DNA of 64,000 nt from Mayamaea pseudoterrestris (taxonomy: Eukaryota), in assembly GCA_027923505.1 (NCBI GenBank), contig BROI01000009.1, positions 62,001 to 126,000 of the forward strand, given 5' to 3'. The notes under the pieces are model-generated. The model ran no database searches. It saw only the letters and a list, made by a program, of their open reading frames with translations, and was not told where the DNA came from. The translations under genes and the position numbers were made by a program. Positions 37,906-51,000 of this stretch are shown here, one piece after another. Each line of letters begins with the position of its first letter. Position 1 is the stretch's first letter.

Positions 37906-40360
37906 GGGTTTCAGCTATTCAAACACACTCAATAACCATAGCCATGGGCCAACCAGCTTCAATATGAGTCTCTGCGGTTGCTAGCCATGCAAAAAGGATG
38001 CAGGATGTGCAATCCATTCAATGGTATACCTTTAAACCCTCCAGGAAAATGACCAGGGTTGGGTTCAGCATGGGTTTCAGCTACTCAAATACAAACACAC
38101 TCAATAGCCATAGCCGTGAGCCAGCCAGCTTCAATCTGAGTCTCTGCGGTTGCTAGGCATGCATACAGGATGCAGGATGTGCAATCCATTCAAATTTTTA
38201 CCTACACTCCTCCAGGAAAATGACCGGGGCTGGGTTTGGCATGGGTCCAGCTACTACTCAAATATAAACACACTTAATAGCCATAGCCATGTGCCAGCCA
38301 TCTTCAATATGTGTCTCTGCGGTTGCTAGGCATGCAAAAAGGATGTAGGATGTGCAATCCATTCAAATTTATACCTACAAGTCCTCCAGGAAAATGACCG
38401 GGGTTGGGTTCGGCACTAGTCCAGCTACTCGAATATAAACACACTCAATAGCCATAACCATGTGCCAGCCTGTTTCAATATGAGTCTCTGCGGTTGCTAG
38501 GCATGCAAAAAGGATGTAGGATGTGCAATCCATTCAAATTTATACCTACAACTCCTCCAGGAAAATGACCGGGGTTGGGTTTGGCATGGGTCCAGCTACT
38601 CAAATATAAACACACTCAATAGCCATAGCCATGTGCCAGCCAGCTTCAATCTGAGTCTCTGCGGTTGCTAGGCATGCATAAAGGATGCAGGATGTGCAAT
38701 CCATTCAATGGTATACCTTCAAACCCTCCAGGAAAATGACCGGGGTTGGGTTCAGCAATGGTTTCAGCTACTCAAAAACAAACACACTCAATAGCCATAG
38801 CCATGAGCCAGCCAGCTTCAAAATGAGTCTCTGCAGTTGCTAGGCATGCATAAAGGATGCAGGATGTGCAATCCATTCAATTTTATACCTACAACCCCTC
38901 CAGGAAAATGACTGGGGTTGAGTTTGGCATGGGTCCAGCTACTCAAATACAAACACACTCAATAGCCATAGCCATGTGCCAGCCTGCTTCAATATGAGTC
39001 TCTGCGGTTGCTAGGCATGCATAAAGGATGCAGGATGTGCAATCCATTCAATGGTATACCTTCAAACCCTCCAGTAAAATGACCGGGGTTGGGTTCAGCA
39101 ATGGTTTCAGCTATTCAAATACAAACACACTCAATAGCCATAGCCGTGTGCCAGCCTGCTTCAATATGAATCTCTGCGGTTGCAAGGCATGGATTAAAGA
39201 TGCAGGATGTGCAATCCATTCAAATTTTTACCTACAAACCCTCCAGTAAAATGATCGGAGTTGGGTTCAGCAATGGTTTCAGCTATTCAAATACAAACAC
39301 ACTCAATAGCCATAGCCATGAACCAGCCTGTTTCAAAATGAGTCTCTGCGGTTGCTAGGCATGGATTAAAGATGCAGGATGTGCAATCCATTCAAATTTT
39401 TTCCTACAAACCCTCCAGGAAAATGACCGGGGTTGGGTGGGGTTCGGTGGTGGCCGGCAGGCACATGGGTTTCAGCTATTCAGACACACTCAATAGCCAT
39501 AGCCATCTCCCAGCCAGCTTCAATCTGAGTCTCTGCGGTTGCTAGGCATGCATAAAGGATGCAGGATGTGCAATCCATTCAATGATATACCTTCAAACCG
39601 TCCAGGAAAATGACCGGGGTTGGGTTCAGCAATGGTTTCAGCTACTCAAATACAAACACACTCAATAGCCATAGCCAAGAGCCAGCCAGCTTCAATTTGA
39701 GTCTCTGCGGTTGCTAGGCATGCAAAAAAGAATGCAGGATGTGCAATCCATTTCAATGGTATACCTACAACTCCTCCAGGAAAATGACTGGGGTTGGGTT
39801 CGGCATGGGTCCAGCTACTCAAATATAAACACACTCAATAGCCATAGCCATGTGCCAGCCTCTTTCAATATGAGTGTCTGCGGTTGCTAGGCATGGACTG
39901 AAGATGCAGGATCTGCAATCCATTCAATGGTATACCTTCAAACCCTCCATTAAAATGACCGGGGTTGGGTTCATCAATGGTTTCAGCTATTCAAATACAA
40001 ACCACTCAATAGCCATAGCCATGAGCCAGCCTGCTTCAATATGAGTCTCTGCGGTTGCTAGGCATGGATTTAAGATGCAGGATGTGCAATTCATTCAATA
40101 ATATACCTTCAAACCCTTCAGGAAAATGACTGGGGTTGGGTTCAGCAATGGTTTCAGCTACTCAAACACACTCGCAATCAATAGCCATACCGTAGCCATG
40201 GGCGATCCAGCTTCCAATATGAGACTCTGCGGTTGCTTGGCATGGATTAATATGTAGGTTGTGCAATCCATTCGAATTTTTACCTACAAACCCTCCAGGA
40301 AAATTACCGGGGATAGGTTTAGCATGGGTTTCAGCTACTCAAATACGAACACACTCAATA
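37906..40360. repeat. Satellite A (172-bp monomer), left block, ~14 copies, heterogeneous
   Basis: Tandem copies of aatagccatagccatgagccagcctgcttcaatatgagtctctgcggttgctaggcatgc.... Confidence 0.95.
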
Positions 40361-40363
40361 CCC

Positions 40364-42040
40364 CCAGTGGGCTGAGACTGGTGACAAGTTGTCACCAAAC
40401 AAATATATCTCCCTGCGAGACAAGCAACTTAGCGCAGCCTGATTAATGATGTTGGCACCATTCTGGTGTTATTTGGGCACCTACAGGGCCTGATGTAGGG
40501 GCGTTTGAATGTCACAGCATCTGTGGGATGAGACTGGTGACAAGTTGTCACCAGATACATTGCCATTCCCTGAGACACCAGCCAAGCAAATCATCTTGTA
40601 GCGCAGCCTGAATAATAATGTTGGCACAATTCTGGTGTATTTTGGGCACCTTCTGGTCTTGCTGTAGGGGCGTTTGAATGTCACAGCATCAGCGGGCTGA
40701 GACTGGTGACAAGTTGTCACCAAATACATTGCCATCCCCTGAGACACCAGCCAAGCAAATCATCTTGTCGCGCAGCCTGAATAATAATGTTGTCACCATT
40801 CTGGTGTAATTTGGGCACCTACAGGGCCTGATGTAGGGACGTTTGAATGTCACGGCATCAGTGGGCTGAGACTGGTGACAAGTTGTCACCAAATACATTG
40901 CCATCCCCTGAGACACCAGCCAAGCCTACCATCTTGTAGCCCTGCCTGAATGATGATGTTGGCACCATTTGGGTGTAATTTGGGCACCTACAGGGCCTGA
41001 TGTAGGGGCGTTTGAATGTCACGGCATCTGCGGGCTGAGACTGGTGACAAGTTGTCACCAAATACATTGCCATCCCCTGAGACACCAGCCAAGCAAATCA
41101 TCTTGTCGCGCAGCCTGAATAATGATGTTGGCACCATTCTGGTGTAATTTGGTCACCTACAGGGCCTGATGTAGGGACGTTTGAATGTCACGGCATCAGT
41201 GGGCTGAGACTGGTGACAAGTTGTCACCAAATACATTGCCATTCCCTGAGACACCAGCCAAGCAAATCATCTTGTCGTGCAGCCTGAATAATGATGTTGG
41301 CACCATTCTGGTGTATTTTTGGCACCTACAGGGCCTGATGTAGGGGCGTTTGAATGTCACGGCATCAGCGGGCTGAGACTGGTGACAAGTTGTCACCAAA
41401 TACATTGCCATCCCCTGAGACACCAGCCAAGCCTACCATCTCGTAGCGCAGCCTGAAAAATGATGTTGGCACCATTCTGGTGTTATTTGGGCACCTATGG
41501 GGCTTGCTGTAGGGGCGTTTGAATGTCACGGCATCTGCGGGCTGAGACTGGTGACAAGTTGTCACCAAATACATTGCGATCCCCTGAGACACCAGCCAAG
41601 CAAATCATCTTGTCGTGCAGCCTGAATAATGATGTTGGCACAATTCTGGTGTATTTTGGGCACCTTCAGGTCTTGCTGTAGGGGCGTTTGAATGTCACAG
41701 CATCAGCGGGCTGAGACTGGTGACAAGTTGTCACCAAATACATTGCCATCCCTGAGGCACCAGCCAAGCCTACCATCTTGTAGCGCAGCCTGAATAATGA
41801 TGTTGACACCATTGTGGTGTATTTTGAGCACCTACAGGGCTTGCTGTAGGGGTGTTTGAATGACACGGCATCTGCGGGCTGAGACTGGTGACTAGTTGTC
41901 ACCAAATACATTGCCATCCCCAGAGACACCAGCCAAGCTTACCATCTGGTAGCGCAGCCTGCATAATGATGTTGGCACCATTCTGGTGTAATTTGAACAC
42001 CTACAGGGCCTGATGTAGGGGCGTTTGAATGTCACAGCAT
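40364..42040. repeat. Satellite B (169-bp monomer), 10 tandem copies
   Basis: gagactggtgacaagttgtcacc recurs every 169 bp (e.g. ~40697, 40866, 41035, 41204, 41373). Confidence 0.95.
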
Positions 42041-45000
42041 GGGTTTCAGTTTCAGCTATTCAAACACACTCAATAACCATAACCATGTGCCAGCCAGCTT
42101 CAATATGAGTCTCTGCGGTTGCTAGGCATGCATAAAGGATGTAGGATGTGCAATCCATTCAAATTTATACCTACAACCCCTCCAGGAAAATGACCGGGGT
42201 TGGGTTCAGCATGGGTCCAGCTACTCAAATATAAACACACTCAATAGCCATAGCCATGTGCCAGCCAGCTTCAATCTGAGTCTCTGCGGTTGCTAGGCAT
42301 GCATAAAGGATGCAGGATGTGCAATCCATTCAATGGTATACCTTCAAACCCTCCAGGAAAATGACCGGGGTTGGGTTCAGCAATGGTTTCAGCTACTCAA
42401 ATACAAACACACTCAATAGCCATAGCCATGTGCCAGCCTGCTTCAATATGAGTCTCTGCGGTTGCTAGGCATGCATAAAGGATGTAGGATGTGCAATCCA
42501 TTCAAATTTATACCTACAACTCCTCCAGGAAAATGACCGGGGTTGGGTTTGGCATGGGTCCAGCTACTCAAATATAAACACACTCAATAGCCATAGCCAT
42601 GTGCCAGCCAGCTTCAATCTGAGTCTCTGCGGTTGCTAGGCATGCATAAAGGATGCAGGATGTGCAATCCATTCAATGGTATACCTTCAAACCCTCCAGT
42701 AAAATGACCGGGGTTGGGTTCAGCAATGGTTTCAGCTATTCAAATACAAACACACTCAATAGCCATAGCCATGAGCCAGCCTGCTTCAATATGAGTCTCT
42801 GCGGTTGCTAGGCATGCATAAAGGATGCAGGATGTGCAATCCATTCAATGGTATACCTACAAACCCTCCAGTAAAATGACTGGGGTTGGGTTCAGCAATG
42901 GTTTCAGCTATTCAAATACAAACACACTCAATAGCCATAGCCATGAGCCAGCCAGCTTCAATCTGAGTCTCTGCGGTTGCTAGGCATGCATAAAGGATGC
43001 AGGACGTGCAATCCATTCACATTTTTACCTACAAACCCTCCAGGAAAATGACCGGGGTCGGGTTTGGCATGGGTTTCAGCTACTCATATACAAACACACT
43101 CAATAGCCCTAGCCACGGGCCAGCCAGCTACAATATTAGTCTCTGCCGTTGCATGGCATGGTTTAAAGATGCAGCATGTGCAATCCACTCAATGGTATAC
43201 CTTTAAACCCACCAGTAAAATGACCAGGGTTGGGTTCAGCCATGGGCCAGCTACTCAAATACAAACACTCAATAACCGTAGCCATGAGCCAGCCTGCTCC
43301 AATCAGAGTCATTGCGGTTGCTAGGTATGCATAAAGGATGCAGGATGTGCAATCCAATCAATGGTATACCTTCAAACCCTCCAGTAAAATGACCGGGGTT
43401 GGGTTCAGCAATGGGTCCAGCTACTCAAATACAAACACACTCAATAGCCATAGCCATGTGCCAGCCTGCTTCAATATGAGTCTCTGCGGTTGCTAGGCAT
43501 GCATAAAGGATGCAGGATGTGCAATCCATTCAAATTTATACCTACAACCCCTCCAGGAAAATGACCGGGGTTGGGTTCGGCATGGGTCCAGCTACTCAAA
43601 TATAAACACACTCAATAGCCATAGCCATGTGCCAGCCTGCTTCAATATGAGTCTCTGCGGTTGCTAGGCATGCATAAAGGATGCAGGATGTGCAATCCAT
43701 TCAATGGTATACCTTCACACCCTCCAGTAAAATGACCGGGGTTGGGTTCAGCAATGGTTCCAGCTATTCAAATACAAACACACTCAATAGCCATAGCCAT
43801 GAGCCAGCCTGCTTCAATATGAGTCTCTGCGGTTGCTAGGCATGCATAAAGGATGCAGGATGTGCAATCCATTCAATGGTATACCTTCAAACCCTCCAGT
43901 AAAATGACCGGGGTTGGGTTCAGCAATGGTTTCAGCTATTCAAATACAAACACACTCAATAGCCATAGCCATGAGCCAGCCTGCTTCAATATGAGTCTCT
44001 GCGGTTGCTAGGCATGCATAAAGGATGCAGGATGTGCAATCCATTCAATGGTATACCTTCAAACCCTCCAGTAAAATGACCGGGGTTGGGTTCAGCAATG
44101 GTTTCAGCTATTCAAATACAAACACACTCAATAGCCATAGCCATGAGCCAGCCTGCTTCAATATGAGTCTCTGCGGTTGCTAGGCATGCATAAAGGATGC
44201 AGGATGTGCAATCCATTCAATGGTATACCTTCAAACCCTCCAGTAAAATGACCGGGGTTGGGTTCAGCAATGGTTTCAGCTACTCAAATACAAACACACT
44301 CAATAGCCATAGCCATGAGCCAGCCTGCTTCAATATGAGTCTCTGCGGTTGCTAAGCATGCATATAGGATGCAGGATGTGCAATCCATTCAAATTTATAC
44401 CTACAGACCCTCCAGGAAAATGACCAGGGTTGGGTTCAGCGATGGTTTCAGCTATTCAGATATTAACACACTCAATAGCCATAGCCATGAGCTAGCCTGA
44501 TTCAATATGAGTCTCTGCGGTTTCTAGGCATGCATAAAGGATGCAGGATGTGCAATCCATTCAATGGTATACCTTCACACCCTCCAGTAAAATGACCGGG
44601 GTTGGGTTCAGCAATGGTTTCAGCTATTCAAATACAAACACACTCAATAGCCATAGCCATGAGCCAGCCTGCTTCAATATGAGTCTCTGCGGTTGCTAGG
44701 CATGCATAAAGGATGCAGGATGTGCAATCCATTCAATGGTATACCTTCAAACCCTCCAGTAAAATGACCGGGGTTGGGTTCAGCAATGGTTTCAGCTACT
44801 CAAATACAAACACACTCAATAGCCATAGCCATGAGCCAGCCTGCTTCAATATGAGTCTCTGCGGTTGCTAGGCATGCATAAAGGATGCAGGATGTGCAAT
44901 CCATTCAATGGTATACCTTCAAACCCTCCAGTAAAATGACCGGGGTTGGGTTCAGCAATGGTTTCAGCTATTCAAATACAAACACACTCAATAGCCATAG

Positions 45001-48000
45001 CCATGAGCCAGCCTGCTTCAATATGAGTCTCTGCGGTTGCTAGGCATGCATAAAGGATGCAGGATGTGCAATCCATTCAATGGTATACCTTCACACCCTC
45101 CAGTAAAATGACCGGGGTTGGGTTTAGCAATGGGTCCAGCTACTCAAATCTAAACACACTCAATAGCCATAGCCATGAGCCAGCCTGCTTCAATATGAGT
45201 CTCTGCGGTTGCTAGGCATGCATAAAGATCCAGAATGTGCAATCCATTCAATGGTACACCATTCAAACCCTCCAGTAAAATGACCGGGGTTGGGTTCAGC
45301 AATGGTTAGTTCTTTCAAATACAAACACACTCAATAGCCATAGCCATGAGCCAGCCTGCTTCAATATGAGTCTCTGCGGTTGCTAGGCATGCAAAAAGGA
45401 TGCAGGATGTGCAATCCATTCAATGGTATACCTTCAACCCCTCCAGTAAAATGACCGGGGTTGGGTTCAGCAATGGTTTCAGCTATTCAAATACAAACAC
45501 ACTCAATAGCCATAGCCATGAGCCAGCCTGCTTCAATATGAGTCTCTGCGGTTGCTAGGCATGCATAAAGGATGCAGGATGTGCAATCCATTCAATGGTA
45601 TACCTTCAAACCCTCCAGTAAAATGACTGGGGTTGGGTTCAGCAATGGTTTCAGCTACTCAAACACAAACACACTCAATAGCCATAGCCATGAGCCAGCC
45701 TGCTTCAATATGAGTCTCTGCGGTTGCTAGGCATGCATAAAAGATGCAGGATGTGCAATCCATTCAATGGTATACCTTCAAACCCTCCAGTAAAATGACC
45801 GGGGTTGGGTTCAGCAATGGTTTCAGCTATTCAAATACAAACACACTCAATAGCCATAGCCATGAGCCAGCCTGCTTCAATATGAGTCTCTGCGGTTGCT
45901 AGGCATGCATAAAGGATGCAGGATGTGCAATCCATTCAATGGTATACCTTCATCACACCCTCCAGTAAAATGACCGCGGTTGGGTTCAGCAATGGTTCAG
46001 CTACTCAAATACAAACACACTCAATAGCCATAGCCATGAGCCAGCCTGCTTCAATATGAGTCTCTGCGGTTGCTAGGCATGCATAAAGGATGCAGGATGT
46101 GCAATCCATTCAATGGTATACCTTCAAACCCTCCAGTAAAATGACCGGGGTTGGGTTCAGCATTGGTCGTGCTACTCAAATACAAACACACTCAATAGCC
46201 ATAGCCATGAGCCAGCCTGCTTCAATATGAGTCTCTGCGGTTGCTAGGCATGCATAAAGGATGCAGGATGTGCAATCCATTCAATGGTATACCTTCAAAC
46301 CCTCCAGTAAAATGACCGGGGTTGGGTTCAGCAATGGTTTCAGCTATTCAAATACAAACACACTCAATAGCCATAGCCATGAGCCAGCCTGCTTCAATAT
46401 GAGTCTCTGCGGTTGCTAGGCATGCATATAGGATGAAGGATGTGCAATCAATAAAAATTTATACCTACAAACCCTCCAGTAAAATGACTGGGGTTGGGTT
46501 CAGCAATGGTTTCAGCTATTTAGATACAAACACACCAAAAGCCATAGCCATGAGCCAGCCTGCTTCAATATGAGTCTCTGCGGTTGCTAGGCATGCATAA
46601 AGGATGCAGGATGTGCAATCCATTCCATGGTATACCTTCAAACCCTCCAGTAAAATGACCGGGGTTGGGTTCAGCAATGGTTTCAGCTATTCAAATACAA
46701 ACACACTCAATAGCCATAGCCATGAGCCAGCCTGCTTCAATATGAGTCTCTGCGGTTGCTAGGCATGCATAAAGGATGCAGGATGTGCAATCCATTCAAT
46801 GGTATACCTTCAAACCCTCCAGTAAAATGACTGGGGTTGGGTTCAGCAATGGTTTCAGCTATTCAAATACAAACACACTCAATAGCCATAGCCATGAGCC
46901 AGCCTGCTTCAATATGAGTCTCTGCGGTTGCTAGGCATGCATAAAGGATGCAGGATGTGCAATCCATTCAAAGTTATACCTACAGACCCTCCAGGAAAAT
47001 GACTGGGGTTGGATTCAGCAATGATTACAGCTGTTCAAATACAAACACACTCAATAGCCATAGCCATGAGCCAGCCTGCTTCAATATGAGTCTCTGCGGT
47101 TGCTAGGCATGCATAAAGGATGCAGGATGTGCAATCCATTCAATGGTATACCTTCACACCCTCCAGTAAAATGACCGGGGTTGGGTTCAGCAATGGTTTA
47201 AGCTGTTTAAATACAAACACACTCAATAGCCATAGCCGTGAGCCAGCCTGCTTCAATATGAGTCTCTGCGGTTGCTAGGCATGCATTAAGGATGCAGGAT
47301 GTGCAATCCATTCAATGGTATACCTTCAAACCCTCCAGTAAAATGACCGGGGTTGGGTTCAGCAATGGTTTCAGCTATTCAAATACAAACACACTCAATA
47401 GCCATAGCCATGAGCCAGCCTGCTTCAATATGAGTCTCTGCGGTTGCTAGGCATGCATAAAGGATGCAGGATGTGCAATCCATTCAATGGTATACCTTCA
47501 AACCCTCCAGTAAAATGACCGGGGTTGGGTTCAGCAATGGTTTCAGCTATTCAAATACAAACACACTCAATAGCCATAGCCATGAGCCAGCCTGCTTCAA
47601 TATGAGTCTCTGCGGTTGCTAGGCATGCATAAAGGATGCAGGATGTGCAATCCATTCAATGGTATACCTTCAAACCCTCCAGTAAAATGACCGGGGTTGG
47701 GTTCAGCAATGGTTTCAGCTGCTTAAATACAAACACACTCAACAGCCATAGCCATGCGCCAGCCTGCTTCAATATGAGTCTCTGCGGTTGCTAGGCATGC
47801 ATAAATGATGCAGGATGTGCAATCCATTCAATGGTATACCTTCACACCCTCCAGTAAAATGACCGGGGTTGGGTTCAGCAATGGTTTCAGCTATTCAAAT
47901 ACAAACACACTCAATAGCCATAGCCATGAGCCAGCCTGCTTCAATATGAGTCTCTGCGGTTGCTAGGCATGCATAAAGGATGCAGGATGTGCAATCCATT

Positions 48001-51000
48001 CAATGGTATACCTTCAAACCCTCCAGTAAAATGACCGGGGTTGGGTTCAGCAATGGTTTCAGCTATTCAAATACAAACACACTCAATAGCCATAGCCATG
48101 AGCCAGCCTGCTTCAATATGAGTCTCTGCGGTTGCTAGGCATGCATAAAGGATGCAGGATGTGCAATCCATTCAATGGTATACCTTCAAACCCTCCAGTA
48201 AAATGACCGGGGTTGGGTTCAGCAATGGTTTCAGCTACTCCAATACAAACACACTCAATAGCCATAGCCATGAGCCAGCCTGCTTCAATATGAGTCTCTG
48301 CGGTTGCTAGGCATGCATAAAGGATGCAGGATGTGCAATCCATTCAATGGTATACCTTCAAACCCTCCAGTAAAATGACCGGGGTTGGGTTCAGCAATGG
48401 TTTCAGCTATTCAAATACAAACACACTCAATAGCCATAGCCATGAGCCAGCCTGCTTCAATATGAGTCTCTGCGGTTGCTAGGCATGCATAAAGGATGCA
48501 GGATGTGCAATCCATTCAATGGTATACCTTCACACCCTCCAGTAAAATGACCGGGGTTGGGTTCAGCAATGGTTTCAGCTATTCAAATACAAACACACTC
48601 AATAGCCATAGCCATGAGCCAGCCTGCTTCAATATGAGTCTCTGCGGTTGCTAGGCATGCATAAAGGATGCAGGATGTGCAATCCATTCAATGGTATACC
48701 TTCAAACCCTCCAGTAAAATGACCGGGGTTGGGTTCAGCAATGGTTTCAGTTATTCAAATACAAACACACTCAATAGCCATAGCCATGAGCCAGCCTGCT
48801 TCAATATGAGTCTCTGCGGTTGCTAGGCATGCATAAAGGATGCAGGATGTGCAATCCATTCAATGGTATACCTTCAAACCCTCCAGTAAAATGACCGGGG
48901 TTTGGTTCAGCAATGGTTGAGCTGTTCAAATACAAACACACTCAATAGCCCTAGCCATGAGGCAGCCTGCTTCAATATGAGTCTCTGCGGTTGCTAGGCA
49001 TGCATAAAGGATGCAGGATGTGCAATCCATTCAATGGTATACCTTCACACCCTCCAGTAAAATGACCGGGGTTGGGTTCAGCAATGGTTTCAGCTATTCA
49101 AATACAAACACACTCAATAGCCATAGCCATGAGCCAGCCTGCTTCAATATGAGTCTCTGCGGTTGCTAGGCATGCATAAAGGATGCAGGATGTGCAATCC
49201 ATTCAATGGTATACCTTCAAACCCTCCAGTAAAATGACCGGGGTTGGGTTCAGCAATGGTTTCAGCTATTCAAATACAAACACACTCAATAGCCATAGCC
49301 ATGAGCCAGCCTGCTTCAATATGAGTCTCTGCGGTTGCTAGGCATGGATTAAAGATGCAGGATGTGCAATTTATTCAAATTTTTACCTACAACCCCTCCA
49401 GTAAAAAGACCGGGGTTGGGTTCAGCAATGGGTCCAGTTATTCAGATACAAACACACTCAATAGCCATAGCCATGAGCCAGCCTGCTTCAATATGAGTCT
49501 CTGCGGTTGCTAGGCATGCATAAAGGATGCAGGATGTGCAATCCATTCAATGGTATACCTTCACACCCTCCAGTAAAATGACCGGGGTTGGGTTCAGCAA
49601 TGGTTTCAGCTATTCAAATACAAACACACTCAATAGCCATAGCCATGAGCCAGCCTGCTTCAATATGAGTCTCTGCGGTTGCTAGGCATGCATAAAGGAT
49701 GCAGGATGTGCAATCCATTCAATGGTATACCTTCACACCCTCCAGTAAAATGATCGGGGTTGGGTTCAGCAATGGGTCCAGCTACTCAAATATAAACACA
49801 CTCAATAGCCATAGCCATGAGCCAGCCTGCTTCAATATGAGTCTCTGCGGTTGCTAGGCATGCATAAAGGATGCAGGATGTGCAATCCATTCAATGGTAT
49901 ACCTTCAAACCCTCCAGGAAAATGACCGGGGTTGGTTTTGGCGTGGGTCCAGCTACTCCAATACAAACACACTCAGTAGCCATAGCCATGAGCCAGCCTG
50001 CTTCAATATGAGTCTCTGCGGTTGCTAGGCATGCATAAAGGATGCAGGATGTGCAATCCATTCAATGGTATACCTTCACACCCTCCAGTAAAATGACTGG
50101 GGTTGGGTTCAGCAATGGTTTCAGCTATTCAAATACAAACACACTCAATAGCCATAGCCATGAGCCAGCCTGCTTCAATATGAGTCTCTGCGGTTGCTAG
50201 GCATGCATAAAGGATGCAGGATGTGCAATCCATTCAATGGTATACCTTCACACCCTCCAGTAAAATGACCGGGGTTGGGTTCAGCAATGGTTTCAGCTAT
50301 TCAAATACAAACACACTCAATAGCCATAGCCATGAGCCAGCCTGCTTCAATATGAGTCTCTGCGGTTGCTAGGCATGCATAAAGGATGCAGGATGTGCAA
50401 TCCATTCAATGGTATACCTTCACACCCTCCAGTAAAATGACCGGGGTTGGGTTCAGCAATGGTTTCAGCTACTCAAATACAAACACACTCAATAGCCATA
50501 GCCATGAGCCAGCCTGCTTCAATATGAGTCTCTGCGGTTGCTAGGCATGCATAAAGGATGCAGGATGTGCAATCCATTCAATGGTATACCTTCACACCCT
50601 CCAGTAAAATGACCGGGGTTGGGTTCAGCAATGGTTTCAGCTACTCCAATCTAAACACACTCAATAGCCCTAGCCATGAGCCAGCCTGCTTCAATATGAG
50701 TCTCTGCGGTTGCTAGGCATGCATAAAGGATGCAGGATGTGCAATCCATTCAATGGTATACCTTCAAACCCTCCAGTAAAATGACTGGGGTTGGGTTCAG
50801 CAATGGTTACAACATCAGCTATTCAAATACAACAATAGCCATAGCCATGAGCCAGCCTGCTTCAATATGAGTCTCTGCGGTTGCTAGGCATGCATAAAGG
50901 ATGCAGGATGTGCAATCCATTCAATGGTATACCTTCACACCCTCCAGTAAAATGACCGGGGTTGGGTTCAGCAATGGTTTCAGCTACTCAAATACAAACA

